Assembly (NCBI GenBank): GCA_051531975.1
Contig: JAOPTT010000017.1
Span: 44,597 to 108,596, forward strand
Length of the DNA: 64,000 nt
Source of the DNA: Spirochaetaceae bacterium
GTDB lineage: Bacteria; Spirochaetota; Spirochaetia; DSM-2461
Direction: 5' to 3'
This document shows, in pieces, positions 63,382-64,000 of the stretch. A program made the translations under genes and the position numbers. Position 1 is the stretch's first letter. Each line of letters starts with the position of its first letter. Below the pieces are notes generated by a model. It was not told where the DNA came from. It saw nothing but the letters and a program-made list of their open reading frames with translations, and ran no database searches.

Positions 63382-63453
63382 GAGACAATTCCTTCTTTTG
63401 TCGGTGGGACGATCCCTCCTTTTGTCGGTGGGACGATCCCTCCTTTTGTCGGA
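63382..63453. repeat. 24-bp tandem repeat x3 (gggacgatccctccttttgtcggt)
   Basis: Units at 63382, 63406 and 63430. A diverged fourth copy with the same 3' flank (aatcgttataaa) lies at 63285-63326. Confidence 0.92.
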
Positions 63454-63457
63454 ATCG

Positions 63458-64000
63458 TTATAAATAAAAAAGTCTAGTTTATTAACCCCAACATCATACT
63501 TTCCGATGAGGAAATGTATAACTATCTAAATGTATTAGTTTAAATATTCGAAGATAACACCTATGGCAACGATGGTGCTGTGTTCGTACTTAGATTAGTT
63601 TGAATTGTTTATATCAGAGTCGAATTATAAAATAAAAAAGTCTAGTTTAATAACCCCAACGCAAAGCAATTTGCCTTGGGCCTACTATCCCACTAACATC
63701 AAACTTCTCGGAGAGAGAATGTTTGACTATCTTAATGCTTAGTTTAAACTTTCGAAGATAACACCTATGCCAACGATGGTGCTGCGTTAGTGCTTAGATG
63801 AATTCAACTTGATTGAATTAGATACGATTATAAAATAAAAAGTCTAGTTTAATAACCCTAACATCAAACTTCTCGGAGAGAGAATGTTTGACTATCTTAA
63901 TGCTTAGTTTAAACTTTCGAAGATAACACATATGGTACCCGATGGTACGGAGTTAGTGCTAGGATGAATTAGAATTGCTAATATCAGAAACGAATTATAA
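63458..64000. repeat. Non-coding tandem array of ~167-bp structured units (at least 3 copies, continues past the window)
   Basis: Units start at ttataa 63458, 63625, 63828 and 63995 (periods 167, 203, 167). Copies 2 and 3 are identical over 72 bp (63693-63764 = 63858-63929). Confidence 0.95.

Noticed and set aside
63267..63467. 66-aa ORF with RWDDPSFC repeats
   Set aside because: By-product of the 24-bp repeat; it has a GTG start, no convincing RBS, and reads through a terminator.
63655..63790. c-di-GMP-I riboswitch (ACGCAAAGC, GGGCCTA and GATGGT are present)
   Set aside because: There is no preceding GGCAAAC/GAAA-capped P2 stem, the motifs are out of order, and ACGCAAAGC occurs only in the insert of one unit.
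63382..64000. CRISPR array
   Set aside because: The 24-bp repeats abut with no spacers. The 167-bp units are homologous along their length, with no unique spacers. No cas genes are in the window.
63458..64000. Canonical integron attC sites
   Set aside because: The TAAC...GTTA spans are only ~37 bp, lack the spacer between L' and R', and enclose no ORFs. Kept only as an attC-like hypothesis.
1..64000. tRNA/rRNA genes, transposases, cobalamin or Moco riboswitches
   Set aside because: No matching conserved sequences seen by eye; a covariance-model search would be needed to exclude them fully.

Overview
AT-rich spirochaete chromosome segment. The taxonomy is inferred from flbB, the spirochaete-type dcw-xerD-dprA-xerC-hslVU-flgB gene order and low GC. 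(1) 1-6.9 kb is a plastic zone with an intact nitrite/sulfite-reductase-like gene and an RcnA/NicO + DUF1007 metal-transport pair among eroded gene remnants (GNAT x2, SDR, DUF2019, DUF2971). (2) 6.9-10.2 kb holds yqeC-yqeB-xdhC-molybdopterin protein, the accessory genes for selenium-dependent Mo hydroxylases, followed by a recQ remnant, a polar amino-acid ABC transporter and an MscS channel. (3) 14.3-47 kb is a minus-strand core run: flbB-fliJIHGFE-flgCB, hslUV, xerC, dprA, TPR, xerD, ftsZAQW, mraY, murF, ftsL, rsmH, mraZ, GH57/DUF4912, recN, NAD kinase, a degenerate DegT homologue and cheW. (4) 47-61.3 kb is a sulfated-glycan utilisation locus with four sulfatases, a GH3, a sugar ABC transporter, and AraC and IclR regulators. 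(5) 61.5-64 kb has an XRE regulator, a small phage/element-like ORF, and the most unusual feature: a non-coding tandem array of ~167-bp units running off the window end. The units are conserved scaffold blocks alternating with variable, covarying hairpins; one copy has an extra 37-bp hairpin module, and a 24-bp x3 repeat and a strong terminator lie upstream. All calls come from reading motifs by eye; no database searches were run.
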